Below, in pieces: positions 8,518 to 21,555 of a DNA stretch of 64,000 nt. The position numbers and the translations under genes are program-made. The first letter of the stretch is position 1. Every line of letters starts with the position of its first letter. The notes under the pieces were generated by a model, which did no database searches, was not told where the DNA came from, and worked only from the letters and a program-made list of their open reading frames with translations. The DNA is taken from positions 1 through 64,000 of the IMG/VR virus record IMGVR_UViG_3300042473_001540. One strand, given 5' to 3'.

Positions 8518-9611
8518 TAAGACTGTCTCGTCATCGATAACAAGATACACGTCGTAGCCAGCTCTTTGCGCAGCAAAGAGCTTGGCTATATTTTGTTCTA
8601 AGAATGAATTTTTGGGACCAAACAATGTGTATTTTGACTTGACCTCAAAGATTTTGTGTTCAATCCGGAAATCTGCAAAAAAGGTTTTTTCCTTACCGTG
8701 AAACGTGTATTTGATCATTGGTCCTCTTGTGACATTCTCTATGATTCCTACAGCTTTTGCCCGTTCCAAAAAACGCCGTTCATTTGAGTATTGCCAAAAT
8801 ATGCCTTCTATGAAGCCTGAATTTTTAGAGTTGGATTTCCAGTGTGCTCGCTCAAACCCATTTAAGCCAAGTTCATCAATGTTCTGGGATTTGGTTTCTA
8901 CCATAATACTGGCACGTCGCATAGCCTCTGTTTCACCGGTGGCTGGATTAATTACAGTATTCATAGATTTCTGATTTTTTTCGCTTATCTTTGTGATCCA
9001 TTTTTGTCCTTCTTCTGATTTAAGCCATTGTTGGTATTTTTTAGCTGTTAGCTTATGGACATTTAATCCAGTATCGTTGTCAATTTTATTTCTTTTGATG
9101 TTGGCTACTTTTTCAGCATTTCTTTGGTGAGCGTTATTGCCATAGACATCAATATCAGATGCTTTTGTTTTGGCTGCTTTCTGTGATGCAAGAGTCCCCA
9201 AAGTAACTCCTGGAGCTACCTCAATAAATTTTGACTTTCTGATTTTCTGTCCGGCTTGTATCCTTATATGTTCACAATTGGCACTGTTGCGATTACAACA
9301 ATATTTGCTGTTACGGAATTTCCATTTGGCTGTTTTGTTGCACCCGTAATCACATAAATGATCACCATCATACTCAATGGGTTGAATTTTCTTTTTTTGA
9401 GGCTTTCCTTTTGTAGAACAAGCGGGACATTTTGCTGGATTTTGATGACATAGGTGTTTGCCATCCTTAGTTGTATATGTAGCAGGCCCCCCGCATCGGT
9501 GGCAATTCATATTTTATTCTCCTTTTGGTTTATTTATACACTTGAAGGGCTTCACCTATTCTTACTGCTATATAAGTGTCCGTCTTTTCTGCATGACCTA
9601 CCATCAGTATA
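8221..9611. mobile_element. Homing-endonuclease element carrying a replacement NAMPT 3' end (left boundary approximate)
   Basis: Codon style shifts near 8221; displaced original 3' end resumes at 9612. Confidence 0.7.
8476..9510 (-). CDS. Putative free-standing homing endonuclease
   Basis: Cys-rich zinc-binding N-terminus (CHRCG, CDYGC); FADFRIEHKIFEVKS PD-(D/E)xK-like core; TATAAATA (9531-9538, minus strand) and AGGAG RBS. Confidence 0.7.
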   Translation of the reverse strand: MNCHRCGGPATYTTKDGKHLCHQNPAKCPACSTKGKPQKKKIQPIEYDGDHLCDYGCNKTAKWKFRNSKYCCNRNSANCEHIRIQAGQKIRKSKFIEVAPGVTLGTLASQKAAKTKASDIDVYGNNAHQRNAEKVANIKRNKIDNDTGLNVHKLTAKKYQQWLKSEEGQKWITKISEKNQKSMNTVINPATGETEAMRRASIMVETKSQNIDELGLNGFERAHWKSNSKNSGFIEGIFWQYSNERRFLERAKAVGIIENVTRGPMIKYTFHGKEKTFFADFRIEHKIFEVKSKYTLFGPKNSFLEQNIAKLFAAQRAGYDVYLVIDDETVLLKDFLRSISNVLE

Positions 9612-9884
9612 GACACACAGAAGTTTGCAATGAAAGCCTCTGCTGCCAAGATCAATGGTGAGTGGCAGGATGTCTACAAAGACCCTGTGACCGACAAGGG
9701 CAAGACCAGCAAGCGTGGCCGACTGATCCTCACTCGGGAACGTGGCAAGTGGGAAACACTGCCTGTCAACAGTGGATTTGATTGGGCCAACATGCTCCTG
9801 CCAGTCTATCGAAATGGAGAGCTGCTGCGGGACTGGACCTTCCAGGAGGTTCGAGCCAACAGTGACAAGGCTGCACTAGATTAA
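9612..9884 (+). pseudogene. Displaced original 3' end of nadV
   Basis: DTQKFAMKASAAKINGEWQDVYKDPVTDKGKTSK parallels DTNRFAMKASAACIDGEWREVYKDPITDKGKTSK. Confidence 0.85.
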
Positions 9885-9900
9885 GCCGAACGATTGGGAC

Positions 9901-9930
9901 AAAGAGGGGCATTTTTGCCCCTCTTTTCTG
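9901..9930 (+). terminator. Intrinsic terminator
   Basis: AAAGAGGGGCA-TTTT-TGCCCCTCTTT stem followed by T-rich tail. Confidence 0.75.
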
Positions 9931-10008
9931 TTCTGCTTAACACCAAAAGATTTGTCAAAAAAGTGCAAACTATGTTGAAACCCACATAAACTACAACTAT
10001 ATAGTTAT

Positions 10009-10536
10009 ATGAGCGATTTAAAAACACTTACTTGGGCAAATCACAAGCTTGCCGAAAGTACTCCTTTGATGGCTGCTATGCTTTCTGGAGATATAACACC
10101 TGAATGCTACTCTGATCTAGTGTACAGCAAACACTTGTTGTATTCTGTTATTGAAAGCAGACTTGCTTTTGAGTGTGCTGACTTGCCTCGAGCAGGCTGT
10201 GCGTTCCAGGACTGGAAAGAGATGGGGTCCCACAGTCCCACTTTACCTGCCAGTTTTTTTGAATTTCACGAGAGACTGGAAACTGTGTCTGAAAGCCAAT
10301 TGTGGGCGCATGTGTATGTGCACTACCTTGCCCCGCTCTATGGTGGTCAAATCTTGAAGAAGATTTTGAGCCCTCGTTTTCCGGTAAACATGCTGAGTTT
10401 TGAAACACCCAAAGCAGCTATTGCTGAGATTCGCTACAAAACACATGCTGGTTTGGCTGAAGAGGCCAATCTCAGCTTTGAGATGACAACAAGGTACTAT
10501 GACGAACTTCATCAATCTCATCAACCAAACGGCTGA
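10009..10536 (+). CDS. Heme oxygenase
   Basis: LKTLTWANHKLAE (heme-ligand His), AHVYVHYLAPLYGGQIL. Confidence 0.85.
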   Translation: MSDLKTLTWANHKLAESTPLMAAMLSGDITPECYSDLVYSKHLLYSVIESRLAFECADLPRAGCAFQDWKEMGSHSPTLPASFFEFHERLETVSESQLWAHVYVHYLAPLYGGQILKKILSPRFPVNMLSFETPKAAIAEIRYKTHAGLAEEANLSFEMTTRYYDELHQSHQPNG

Positions 10537-11125
10537 TAAATTTGAGCAGCTGATCCAAAACAACACCACTCTCTTGACGGAGATACCAACAGAGGATTTT
10601 GGTTGGACCAATAACCGATGGTATAGCCAACAGTTTCGGCTTGCTCATGTGGAAAGATTTCAGCAACCAAAATTCAGTGTGTTGCACACTGTGATCTTTC
10701 CTCACCTGACTGATCCCAGCCCTATTTTTGGGTTTGATATCATTGCCAGTGACACCAAGGCCACAGGTTTGTTTTTTGATTTCAGTCCCACTGTTGAAAG
10801 TTATGGAATCATATCTAGTCATCTATGGAGTGAGCCACGTGAAAGACCTGAATGGGGAACAATTTTCAGCGAGCATTGGATCGCTTGCAGACCCACATAT
10901 ACGGAAGCTGAAACCATCAGCACATTGGCATGCACACTGTTGGAACAATATCTATCTCAGTTGGGAACAAAAACCACAACAGATGTACCTATGGTCATAA
11001 AGAAGCAAAATCAATACAGTTTGAACCAAAGACAAAACACTCATACTACTAGAGTTCTCATGAAGATACTGGGAGAAGAGCGTGGCCAGTATTTTGTGGA
11101 AAATATTTTATTCCCAACCATATGA
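10499..11125 (+). CDS. Ferredoxin-dependent bilin reductase (PcyA/PcyX-like)
   Basis: VLHTVIFP, PIFGFDII, FDFSP, RERPEWGTIFS, QRQNTHT; overlaps heme oxygenase. Confidence 0.85.
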   Translation: MTNFINLINQTADKFEQLIQNNTTLLTEIPTEDFGWTNNRWYSQQFRLAHVERFQQPKFSVLHTVIFPHLTDPSPIFGFDIIASDTKATGLFFDFSPTVESYGIISSHLWSEPRERPEWGTIFSEHWIACRPTYTEAETISTLACTLLEQYLSQLGTKTTTDVPMVIKKQNQYSLNQRQNTHTTRVLMKILGEERGQYFVENILFPTI

Positions 11126-11181
11126 AGAATTGACACACCCTATACTTGTAGTATCTTTCAGACTGAAGCATGGAGTAGAGT

Positions 11182-12591
11182 ATGACACCCGCTACAACGA
11201 CAGCCAAAACTATTGAAAAATCCAGTGATATGGATGCAACCAAACTGTATCTCAAGCAGGTTGCCAAAAACAAGTTGCTTACACATCAGCAGGAAATTCA
11301 ATTTAGTCAACAAATTGAAAACAGCAAGAAAAACCTGCTCTTGAATCTGTTCTCTATTCCTATGGCAGTATGGCAGTTTGATACCAAGATTCAAGGTGTA
11401 GTAAAAGGGGAAATTGACAGCCACAGCATTTTTGACATTGAAGAAACAGAACTAGCCCCTCTGCTCACAAATCTAGCAAACATTCAACAGGATATTATGC
11501 TGTTAAGCACCAGCCCCAATAGTGAACTCTGTCAACGAGTGGCTGAAACCTGTTCTTCGCTGAGTTTCAAACTCAGCTTTTACGACAGCATGGTTCAGCC
11601 CTTCAACGACATGGTGAAAGACATTATTAGCGCACAAGGAGCTTACCTGCGCTTTGCACAAAGCAAAGGAGTCTCTCGTGAGTTGTTCCTAGCCGCATAC
11701 CAAAGCATGTCACAAGACAAAAATTGGCTGCGGTTCAAAACAGTTCACCAAGCCGAAGTGGAAAAGCATGAGTCGCAACTAGCAAGTTTTGTTGCCAACA
11801 CGGGTATGCCACTTGACACACTCCTTGAAAAATGCCGCCAGATTCGGCAAGAGCAAAAAAACAAGGACGAGGCAGTGGAGATTATGCTCAAGAGCAATCT
11901 TCGACTCGTGGTGAGTGTGGCAAAGAAATACACCAACATCAGTCAAACTCCCATTCTTGATCTCATTCAAGAAGGCAACATTGGTCTCTTGAAAGCTATT
12001 GAGAAGTTTGATTGGAAGATGGGATTTCGTTTCAGCACCTACGCCACTTGGTGGATCAAGCAGTGTGTGCTGAAAGCCTTGAATGAGCATCATCGTATCA
12101 TTCGTATCCCAGCTCACATGAGCGACCTTGCCAAGAAGGTAACGCGAGCACGAGCTGAGTTTGTAAATCACAATGGTTTTGAGCCCAGTGTGCAAGAAAT
12201 TGCAGAGATGCTGGAAATTGATGTGGAAAACGTAGACAAAGTCTACAGTGTTGCGCAGGGCACAATCTCTCTGGAAACGCCAATTGGCGGTGAAGAAGAT
12301 CAAACCATTGCACATCTTATTGAAGACACTGAAGGGGTGAATGCGTTTAACCTCTTGGCTGAGGCTGACAGCGCATATGCAGTGTCAGAGGTCTTGAAAC
12401 ATCTCAGTCCCAAGGAAGAGCGTGTGATCAGGATGCGCTTTGGTATTGGTGTAAACGAACAAAGCACACTGGAAGACATTGGCAACAAATTTGGTGTCAC
12501 TCGTGAGCGTGTGCGCCAGATTGAAAGCAAAGCACTGGAAAAGCTCAAGAGTACGGAACTAGCTCAGAAGCTGCAAGAAGCTTTTACCTAA
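11182..12591 (+). CDS. rpoD: RNA polymerase sigma70 factor (RpoD-like)
   Basis: NLRLVVSVAKKY, DLIQEGNIGLLKAIEKFD, FSTYATWWI, TRERVRQIE. Confidence 0.9.
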   Translation: MTPATTTAKTIEKSSDMDATKLYLKQVAKNKLLTHQQEIQFSQQIENSKKNLLLNLFSIPMAVWQFDTKIQGVVKGEIDSHSIFDIEETELAPLLTNLANIQQDIMLLSTSPNSELCQRVAETCSSLSFKLSFYDSMVQPFNDMVKDIISAQGAYLRFAQSKGVSRELFLAAYQSMSQDKNWLRFKTVHQAEVEKHESQLASFVANTGMPLDTLLEKCRQIRQEQKNKDEAVEIMLKSNLRLVVSVAKKYTNISQTPILDLIQEGNIGLLKAIEKFDWKMGFRFSTYATWWIKQCVLKALNEHHRIIRIPAHMSDLAKKVTRARAEFVNHNGFEPSVQEIAEMLEIDVENVDKVYSVAQGTISLETPIGGEEDQTIAHLIEDTEGVNAFNLLAEADSAYAVSEVLKHLSPKEERVIRMRFGIGVNEQSTLEDIGNKFGVTRERVRQIESKALEKLKSTELAQKLQEAFT

Positions 12592-12596
12592 TCCAC

Positions 12597-12700
12597 TATA
12601 AATAATCTTATGAACAAAACAGCACTGAAACCCAAAACCAAGACAAAGCTGTCAGCTTGCAGGCTCAGTAGAGTCTTGGTTTTGGGTCCGGTGTTTTTCG
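12597..12700 (+). ncRNA. Late-promoter-driven stem-loop RNA (overlaps possible 48-aa ORF 12610-12756)
   Basis: TATAAATA, then perfect 15-bp inverted repeat 12630-12644/12673-12687. Confidence 0.35.
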
Positions 12701-12838
12701 CACTCGTGGGATCCCCCACCTTTGGTATTGGTCCACTGCTTCTTGCAGAAAGCTGACGATATTTCCTTCAAAATATAGAGTTGTTAAGCTTACGCCTGTT
12801 GCATACAGGCGCTATAATTTTTAGGAATGGGAAATCAA

Positions 12839-13513
12839 ATGATTCAATACATTGAAATACGCCAAGCTGAGGGCGGAGAAGACAGTCAACTGTTTGTTGA
12901 TGATTTGGCACGTGCCTATATTCGCATGGCCAGCAAGCTGGGTTGACTCACTACTGTAGTTAAAACGGTCCCAGGCTTCTGTGTTATCAAACTAGAGGGA
13001 CAAGATCTTTCACAGTGGGCACAAGAAGCAGGTGGGCATAGGATACAGAGGGTTCCACCAACTGAAAGACGTGGAAGAGTCCATACCAGTACAGTCACAG
13101 TAGCAGTGCTAGAGTATCCTTCAGAACAAGCCATTGAAATACTTGACAAAGATCTAGTAATAGAGTGGTTTTCTGGCACTGGTCCCGGTGGTCAAAATCG
13201 AAATAAGGTAATGGCCAGTTGTAGATTGCGACACACACCAACTGGGGTAGTCGTTACCGCCCAAACAAGAAGCAGAACCACTAGCTTTGCACAAGCTAGG
13301 CAGGAATTGGAGACACGACTTCAAAACAGGTTCAAGAGCCAAGCAGCCTCTCAAACCAGCCAAGAAAGAAAACATCAGGTTGGTAGCGGCCAGCGCGGAG
13401 ATAAAATACGCACTATCCAAATTCAACATGACTCAGCTGTGGACCATCGCACAGGCAAACGTTGCACTGCGGAAAGTTATCTCAAAGGCGAAATTTACAA
13501 GCTTTGGTTGTGA
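12839..13513 (+). CDS. RF1-like class I peptide release factor lacking domain 1, with in-frame TGA at 12944-12946
   Basis: IEIRQAEGGEDSQLF...KLG*...EAGGHRIQRVPPTERRGRVHTSTVTVAV, GPGGQNRNK, GSGQRGDKIRT all in one frame. Confidence 0.85.
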
Positions 13514-13575
13514 GTTGCATTGTAAATCTAAGTGTGCAATAATACAACTGCACACCAAGATTTTTGTACAGGATC

Positions 13576-13800
13576 ATGACAAAAGAAAAAAAGCTTAAGC
13601 CAAAAAACAAAACGTATGTGGTATGTACTGATACAAATCAACGAGTCAAGGGCCTAATTGTTCAAAAAGATGAACAACAATTGGTCCTTGACTTGCCCAG
13701 TGGGTATCAGATGCACATGGTTCGAAAGCCAAAAAGAAAATTATATATCCATCATGTTGGTATGCTGGAGTTTACTAGCGATGGCTGGGAAGTCAGCTAG
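13576..13800 (+). CDS. Hypothetical protein
   Basis: ORF with AGGA RBS. Confidence 0.55.
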   Translation: MTKEKKLKPKNKTYVVCTDTNQRVKGLIVQKDEQQLVLDLPSGYQMHMVRKPKRKLYIHHVGMLEFTSDGWEVS

Positions 13801-14141
13801 ACTTCGTAAAATTTATTGCCTGTGACATTGATGCTGACAAATCCAAGTTGACTACTGCCAATAATTTGATCCTGTGGGCCCAACCCCACATTTGGCAATA
13901 TAAAGAATTGGTTAGGCAGCAGTTCAGTGTCATAAGCGACCCAATGTTCATCACCCAGCGTACGGCCTGCAGGCAAAACTGCTACTCTAGCAAAATCAAT
14001 AGTTGTACTCGTTACATTTGTAACAATTACATTTACATAATATCCATATTCAGGCCTAGCAACTACAATGACTAGATTTTGTCCTGGAAGTGGTTGACCA
14101 CCTCCCAACAATGCTGGATCGTAAACGGTTTCACTGCACAT
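13797..14141 (-). CDS. Hypothetical, fibre-associated protein
   Basis: Coupled downstream of fibre gene. Confidence 0.6.
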   Translation of the reverse strand: MCSETVYDPALLGGGQPLPGQNLVIVVARPEYGYYVNVIVTNVTSTTIDFARVAVLPAGRTLGDEHWVAYDTELLPNQFFILPNVGLGPQDQIIGSSQLGFVSINVTGNKFYEV

Positions 14142-14457
14142 TTGATGTAACGGGGAAAGTTACCATATAGGTGTCTTGTTGTATTTTGGCCAAAAGTCGT
14201 GATTGCATAGATGCGTTAAGTAATTCAACGTCCAAATTGGCTTCCAGCCAACCAATCAATACGCTTTCTGTTATTTCATCAAAAGGTATGTAGTTGAGAG
14301 GATCAGGTAAAGGTAAAATGCACCGTCCTGTTTCTGACACAGTGTAACCAGCATCTGAACAACTGTATCCCCATAACACTGCCACAATCACATTGTGTAG
14401 GCTACTGTCCTGTCGTTTCACTTGTAAATTTAAAGACGTCCAATTGTATGTTACCAT
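14131..14457 (-). CDS. Putative tail-fibre assembly/associated protein
   Basis: Follows fibre gene; YIPFDEITESVLIGW motif typical of such phage proteins. Confidence 0.55.
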   Translation of the reverse strand: MVTYNWTSLNLQVKRQDSSLHNVIVAVLWGYSCSDAGYTVSETGRCILPLPDPLNYIPFDEITESVLIGWLEANLDVELLNASMQSRLLAKIQQDTYMVTFPVTSNVQ

Positions 14458-14472
14458 TTATATTTCCAATCA

Positions 14473-18564
<4,092 letters not shown>

Positions 18565-18623
18565 TTATAACCAACGTTTTGGATATTTATGCAAGCTACG
18601 ACTATTGTTAAATAGGATTTATA

Positions 18624-19034
18624 ATGTTTGACAAAAGAAGACAACTCACACTATCTCCAACAGACTACTATGAAATTGAAGCCAGCGAAACACTTTGGCA
18701 TCCATTTCAAATCAGCCCCAAAGGCTTTGTGACGTTCACATCTGCTCACACAAAATTTTACAATAACCAAAATTGGACTATTAGATTGTGGGCAAGTGAA
18801 AAGCCATCTGGTATCAGTCTCACAGGAAGCCCGCTGTCAACTCAAAGATTTGTCAGTCCGTTGAAACTGCCCCAAAAATTTGGATTTTATGATGTAACCA
18901 ACGGAATTTTCAAAGACAACACCCTGTTGTTTGCCTATGGATTAGCACCTGATACCACCTATTACATCAACATTGACAACGTTGAAAACAGGAAAAACGG
19001 CTTTTATCTCAAGATAGACTTTGGCGAATTTTAA
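18624..19034 (+). CDS. Hypothetical protein
   Basis: ORF after TAAATA and AGGA. Confidence 0.6.
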   Translation: MFDKRRQLTLSPTDYYEIEASETLWHPFQISPKGFVTFTSAHTKFYNNQNWTIRLWASEKPSGISLTGSPLSTQRFVSPLKLPQKFGFYDVTNGIFKDNTLLFAYGLAPDTTYYINIDNVENRKNGFYLKIDFGEF

Positions 19035-19048
19035 AGTTACAGTTGCGC

Positions 19049-19861
19049 ATGAGCAATTTGAAGACAAGATTCCTAGAGCAAGCCCTTGTTCTTGACACCG
19101 AGACAACAGGACTTGATCCCACGACAGCAGAAATTATTGAATTTGCCACTGCCTTATACCAAGACAGTCAGTGGAAGATCTCAACAAAATTGTTCAATAC
19201 ACCCAATGGCATTCCTCCTGAAAGCAGCGCCAAAAATCAAATCAGCAATAGGATGGTGCAAGGGTCTCCCTATTTTGACCAAAGTGTCTTGTTTGATGTT
19301 TTAGACATGCTGGGTGCACCAAAATATTTTGTAGCTCATTATGCAGAATATGATAGATCAGTTTTGGTCAGCAGTTTTGAAAGAATGAACCAAGGTGATG
19401 TGGCAGCCATGTTTGCCAATCAGGATTTGTGGATCTGCACCTGGCGTGTGGCTAGGCACATTTATTCCCCCACCTTTCAAGACAAAAGTTATGCTCAAAA
19501 CTATCTCAGATATCGCTTGGATCTACCAGTGCCTGATACCATTGGTGTGCACCGAGCTGGCGCTGATGTAGAAGTGTGTGGGGCTTTGATTGAGCGATTG
19601 ATTGAAGATGGAATCAAGCAAGGAGTGTTGGATCCCAATAGAGAAATTGGACCTCAACTTGTGGAGTTGACACAAAAAGCTGTTCCAGTGAAAACCTGGC
19701 CTACAGGCAAGCACAAAGGCCAAGTTCTTGAGAGTATTCCAACAGAATATTATCTATGGAGCATGGAAAACCAGGGTATTCTGCGCGAGAATGACCCTGG
19801 TTATGACTTTGATTTGGCAGAAAGTGTAAGAAAGATTTTGGAGGTTAGGCTCTCTTCTTGA
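19049..19861 (+). CDS. DEDDh 3'-5' exonuclease (ExoX/DnaQ-like)
   Basis: VLDTETTG, VAHYAEYD, HRAGADV, C-terminal GKHKG. Confidence 0.85.
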   Translation: MSNLKTRFLEQALVLDTETTGLDPTTAEIIEFATALYQDSQWKISTKLFNTPNGIPPESSAKNQISNRMVQGSPYFDQSVLFDVLDMLGAPKYFVAHYAEYDRSVLVSSFERMNQGDVAAMFANQDLWICTWRVARHIYSPTFQDKSYAQNYLRYRLDLPVPDTIGVHRAGADVEVCGALIERLIEDGIKQGVLDPNREIGPQLVELTQKAVPVKTWPTGKHKGQVLESIPTEYYLWSMENQGILRENDPGYDFDLAESVRKILEVRLSS

Positions 19862-20390
19862 GCTTGCGACCTTCTTTCAAATGGCGTTGGTTGGGCTCAA
19901 ATCCTTGAGCTATCATCTTCTCAGCCATATCACGGGCTTGCCTGCCAGTTACCCCTGCTTTTGATAATGCCGTTAGCCAACGGGTCATAAGTTCCTTATG
20001 CTCAGCTGCATGTTCTTCAGGACTGCCACGCCAAAATTCCTTAGCGCCTTTTTTCAAACCCTGTAATACATCGCCTATTCCCTCGTTAGTAGCATTGCTC
20101 TCAGCAAGTGTTTGGCTGACCATCTCATACTCGATGTAGTTTTTCACAGCCTCAAGATTTTCAGCAGCAATTGTAATCTTAGCTTGCACCCATCCTTCAA
20201 GTTCGCTAACAAACTTCAACATCTTGTGCAGTTCGATGCTGTTCTTAGCTGCGCGGTAGAGCTGAGATTGGCTCATACGCACTTCATCATCCACATGCTC
20301 TGGTTCTGGCATAGAGGAAGTTGGGGAAGACATGGAGCCCATATCTGGCATGTGCATAGCTGGGGTTGGTGTAGCGAACTCGTCGTTCAT
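19845..20390 (-). CDS. Hypothetical protein
   Basis: Start MNDEF with GGAG RBS and TATAAATA upstream. Confidence 0.65.
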   Translation of the reverse strand: MNDEFATPTPAMHMPDMGSMSSPTSSMPEPEHVDDEVRMSQSQLYRAAKNSIELHKMLKFVSELEGWVQAKITIAAENLEAVKNYIEYEMVSQTLAESNATNEGIGDVLQGLKKGAKEFWRGSPEEHAAEHKELMTRWLTALSKAGVTGRQARDMAEKMIAQGFEPNQRHLKEGRKLKKRA

Positions 20391-20479
20391 TGGTGTCTCC
20401 AAAAGGGGTGCAAATTGTGCATTATTTATATATCTGGGCAATGATGCTATAATGTTTTGTTGAACAAGGAAAAATCTCC

Positions 20480-21208
20480 ATGCCCACACTAGGCATCACA
20501 TGTGTTGACACTAAATTTTATTCAAAAACAAAGGTTGCACTAGAGCGAACCTTGGAAACCTTAAATCATCTTGATATCAAAAAAATCTATTGGTTCAGTG
20601 ATCAGCCATTGCAGATAGACACTAGTGTAACAATACAACATATACAAATTCCTCAGATTGATAACACTCTTGAAGAGGTTTGTTTTCAGAAAGTCTACTC
20701 TGAAGTAATGTTGCGCCAGTGTCCAAAACTGGTGGAAGAAGATTTCAACCTCATAATTCACGCTGATGGCTATGCGGTGAACAAAGATGCCTGGACAGAT
20801 GAGTTCTGGAACTATGATTACACTGGCGCGGTTTGGAAAAAATGGACCTGGTGGTGTGAAAATTTAGTAGGCAATGGCGGTTTTTGCCTTCGCAGTAAAA
20901 AATTGTTATCCGCTCTAGACGCTTTGAATTTACCTACAGATGTTGATGATTATCCTGGCACAGTATTGGAAAAAGACTGGCTGGCCTCACAAGGCTATGC
21001 CAAACAACTTCGTTATATTCCAGAAGACAACATCATCTGTAGATGGTATCGACAAAAATTGGAAAAAGAGTTTGGTATAAAATTTGCACCCCTTGCGCTG
21101 GCTGATCAATTCAGTATCGAAAGAAACTTTGAAAGCCCTTGGCTGGGCAAAAGCTTGGGGTTTCATGGCAAACATGGGGTACATGAATTTTATGGGGTTG
21201 AAATCTAA
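20480..21208 (+). CDS. DUF5672-like putative glycosyltransferase
   Basis: IIHADG, YDYTGAVW, VGNGGFCLRSKK, EDNIIC, GFHG. Confidence 0.7.
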   Translation: MPTLGITCVDTKFYSKTKVALERTLETLNHLDIKKIYWFSDQPLQIDTSVTIQHIQIPQIDNTLEEVCFQKVYSEVMLRQCPKLVEEDFNLIIHADGYAVNKDAWTDEFWNYDYTGAVWKKWTWWCENLVGNGGFCLRSKKLLSALDALNLPTDVDDYPGTVLEKDWLASQGYAKQLRYIPEDNIICRWYRQKLEKEFGIKFAPLALADQFSIERNFESPWLGKSLGFHGKHGVHEFYGVEI

Positions 21209-21224
21209 AAATAATTTTTTTCCG

Positions 21225-21255
21225 TTGACATTTTTTGAACCTTCTCCTATAAATA
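21225..21255 (+). promoter_or_regulatory. Overlapping sigma70 and late promoter
   Basis: TTGACA-17-TATAAATA. Confidence 0.75.
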
Positions 21256-21313
21256 ACTTAAGGTAGCAAACAACAGTATGTTGCCCAAACACAAAAGGAC
21301 TGGAACTATAAAA

Positions 21314-21430
21314 ATGTTTTCAAAACTGATGCATAATATTTGGGAAAGGGATTGCTCATTTAGCAATGAGTATCAGCCCGCCGGTATTGTGCGCAAGCCA
21401 GTCCCAGCACCTGGAGGTGAAAAGATCTAG
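21314..21430 (+). CDS. Attenuator leader peptide (38 aa; alternative in-frame ATG at 21278)
   Basis: MFSKLMHNIWERDCSFSNEYQPAGIVRKPVPAPGGEKI*; last codons form the antiterminator 5' arm. Confidence 0.65.
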   Translation: MFSKLMHNIWERDCSFSNEYQPAGIVRKPVPAPGGEKI

Positions 21431-21465
21431 ATCAACTTTGATATAGACTTTTCAGGACCCTCCAG
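21411..21465 (+). promoter_or_regulatory. Antiterminator hairpin
   Basis: CTGGAGG/CCTCCAG, TGAAAAG/CTTTTCA, TCTA/TAGA, ATCA/TGAT nested pairings. Confidence 0.7.
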
Positions 21466-21491
21466 AGATCACAAGTCTCGGAGGGTTTTTT
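21457..21491 (+). terminator. Intrinsic terminator of attenuator
   Basis: CCCTCC(A)GAGA-loop-TCTCGGAGGG followed by T6. Confidence 0.85.
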
Positions 21492-21555
21492 GTTGGTTGG
21501 ACATTTATGCAAGGAGAGAGGAAAACGAGAAACAAATATGAAAGCACAAACAGAT

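Noticed and set aside
9630-9884. Independent 84-aa gene or second exon of a spliced nadV
   Set aside because: nadV already has a complete C-terminus, homology starts upstream of the ATG at 9612, and no intron structure is evident; best read as a displaced remnant.
12930-12960. prfB-style +1 programmed frameshift in the release factor
   Set aside because: Sequence before and after TGA is in the same frame, there is no CTT-TGA slippery site, and the specificity motif is PxT rather than SPF.
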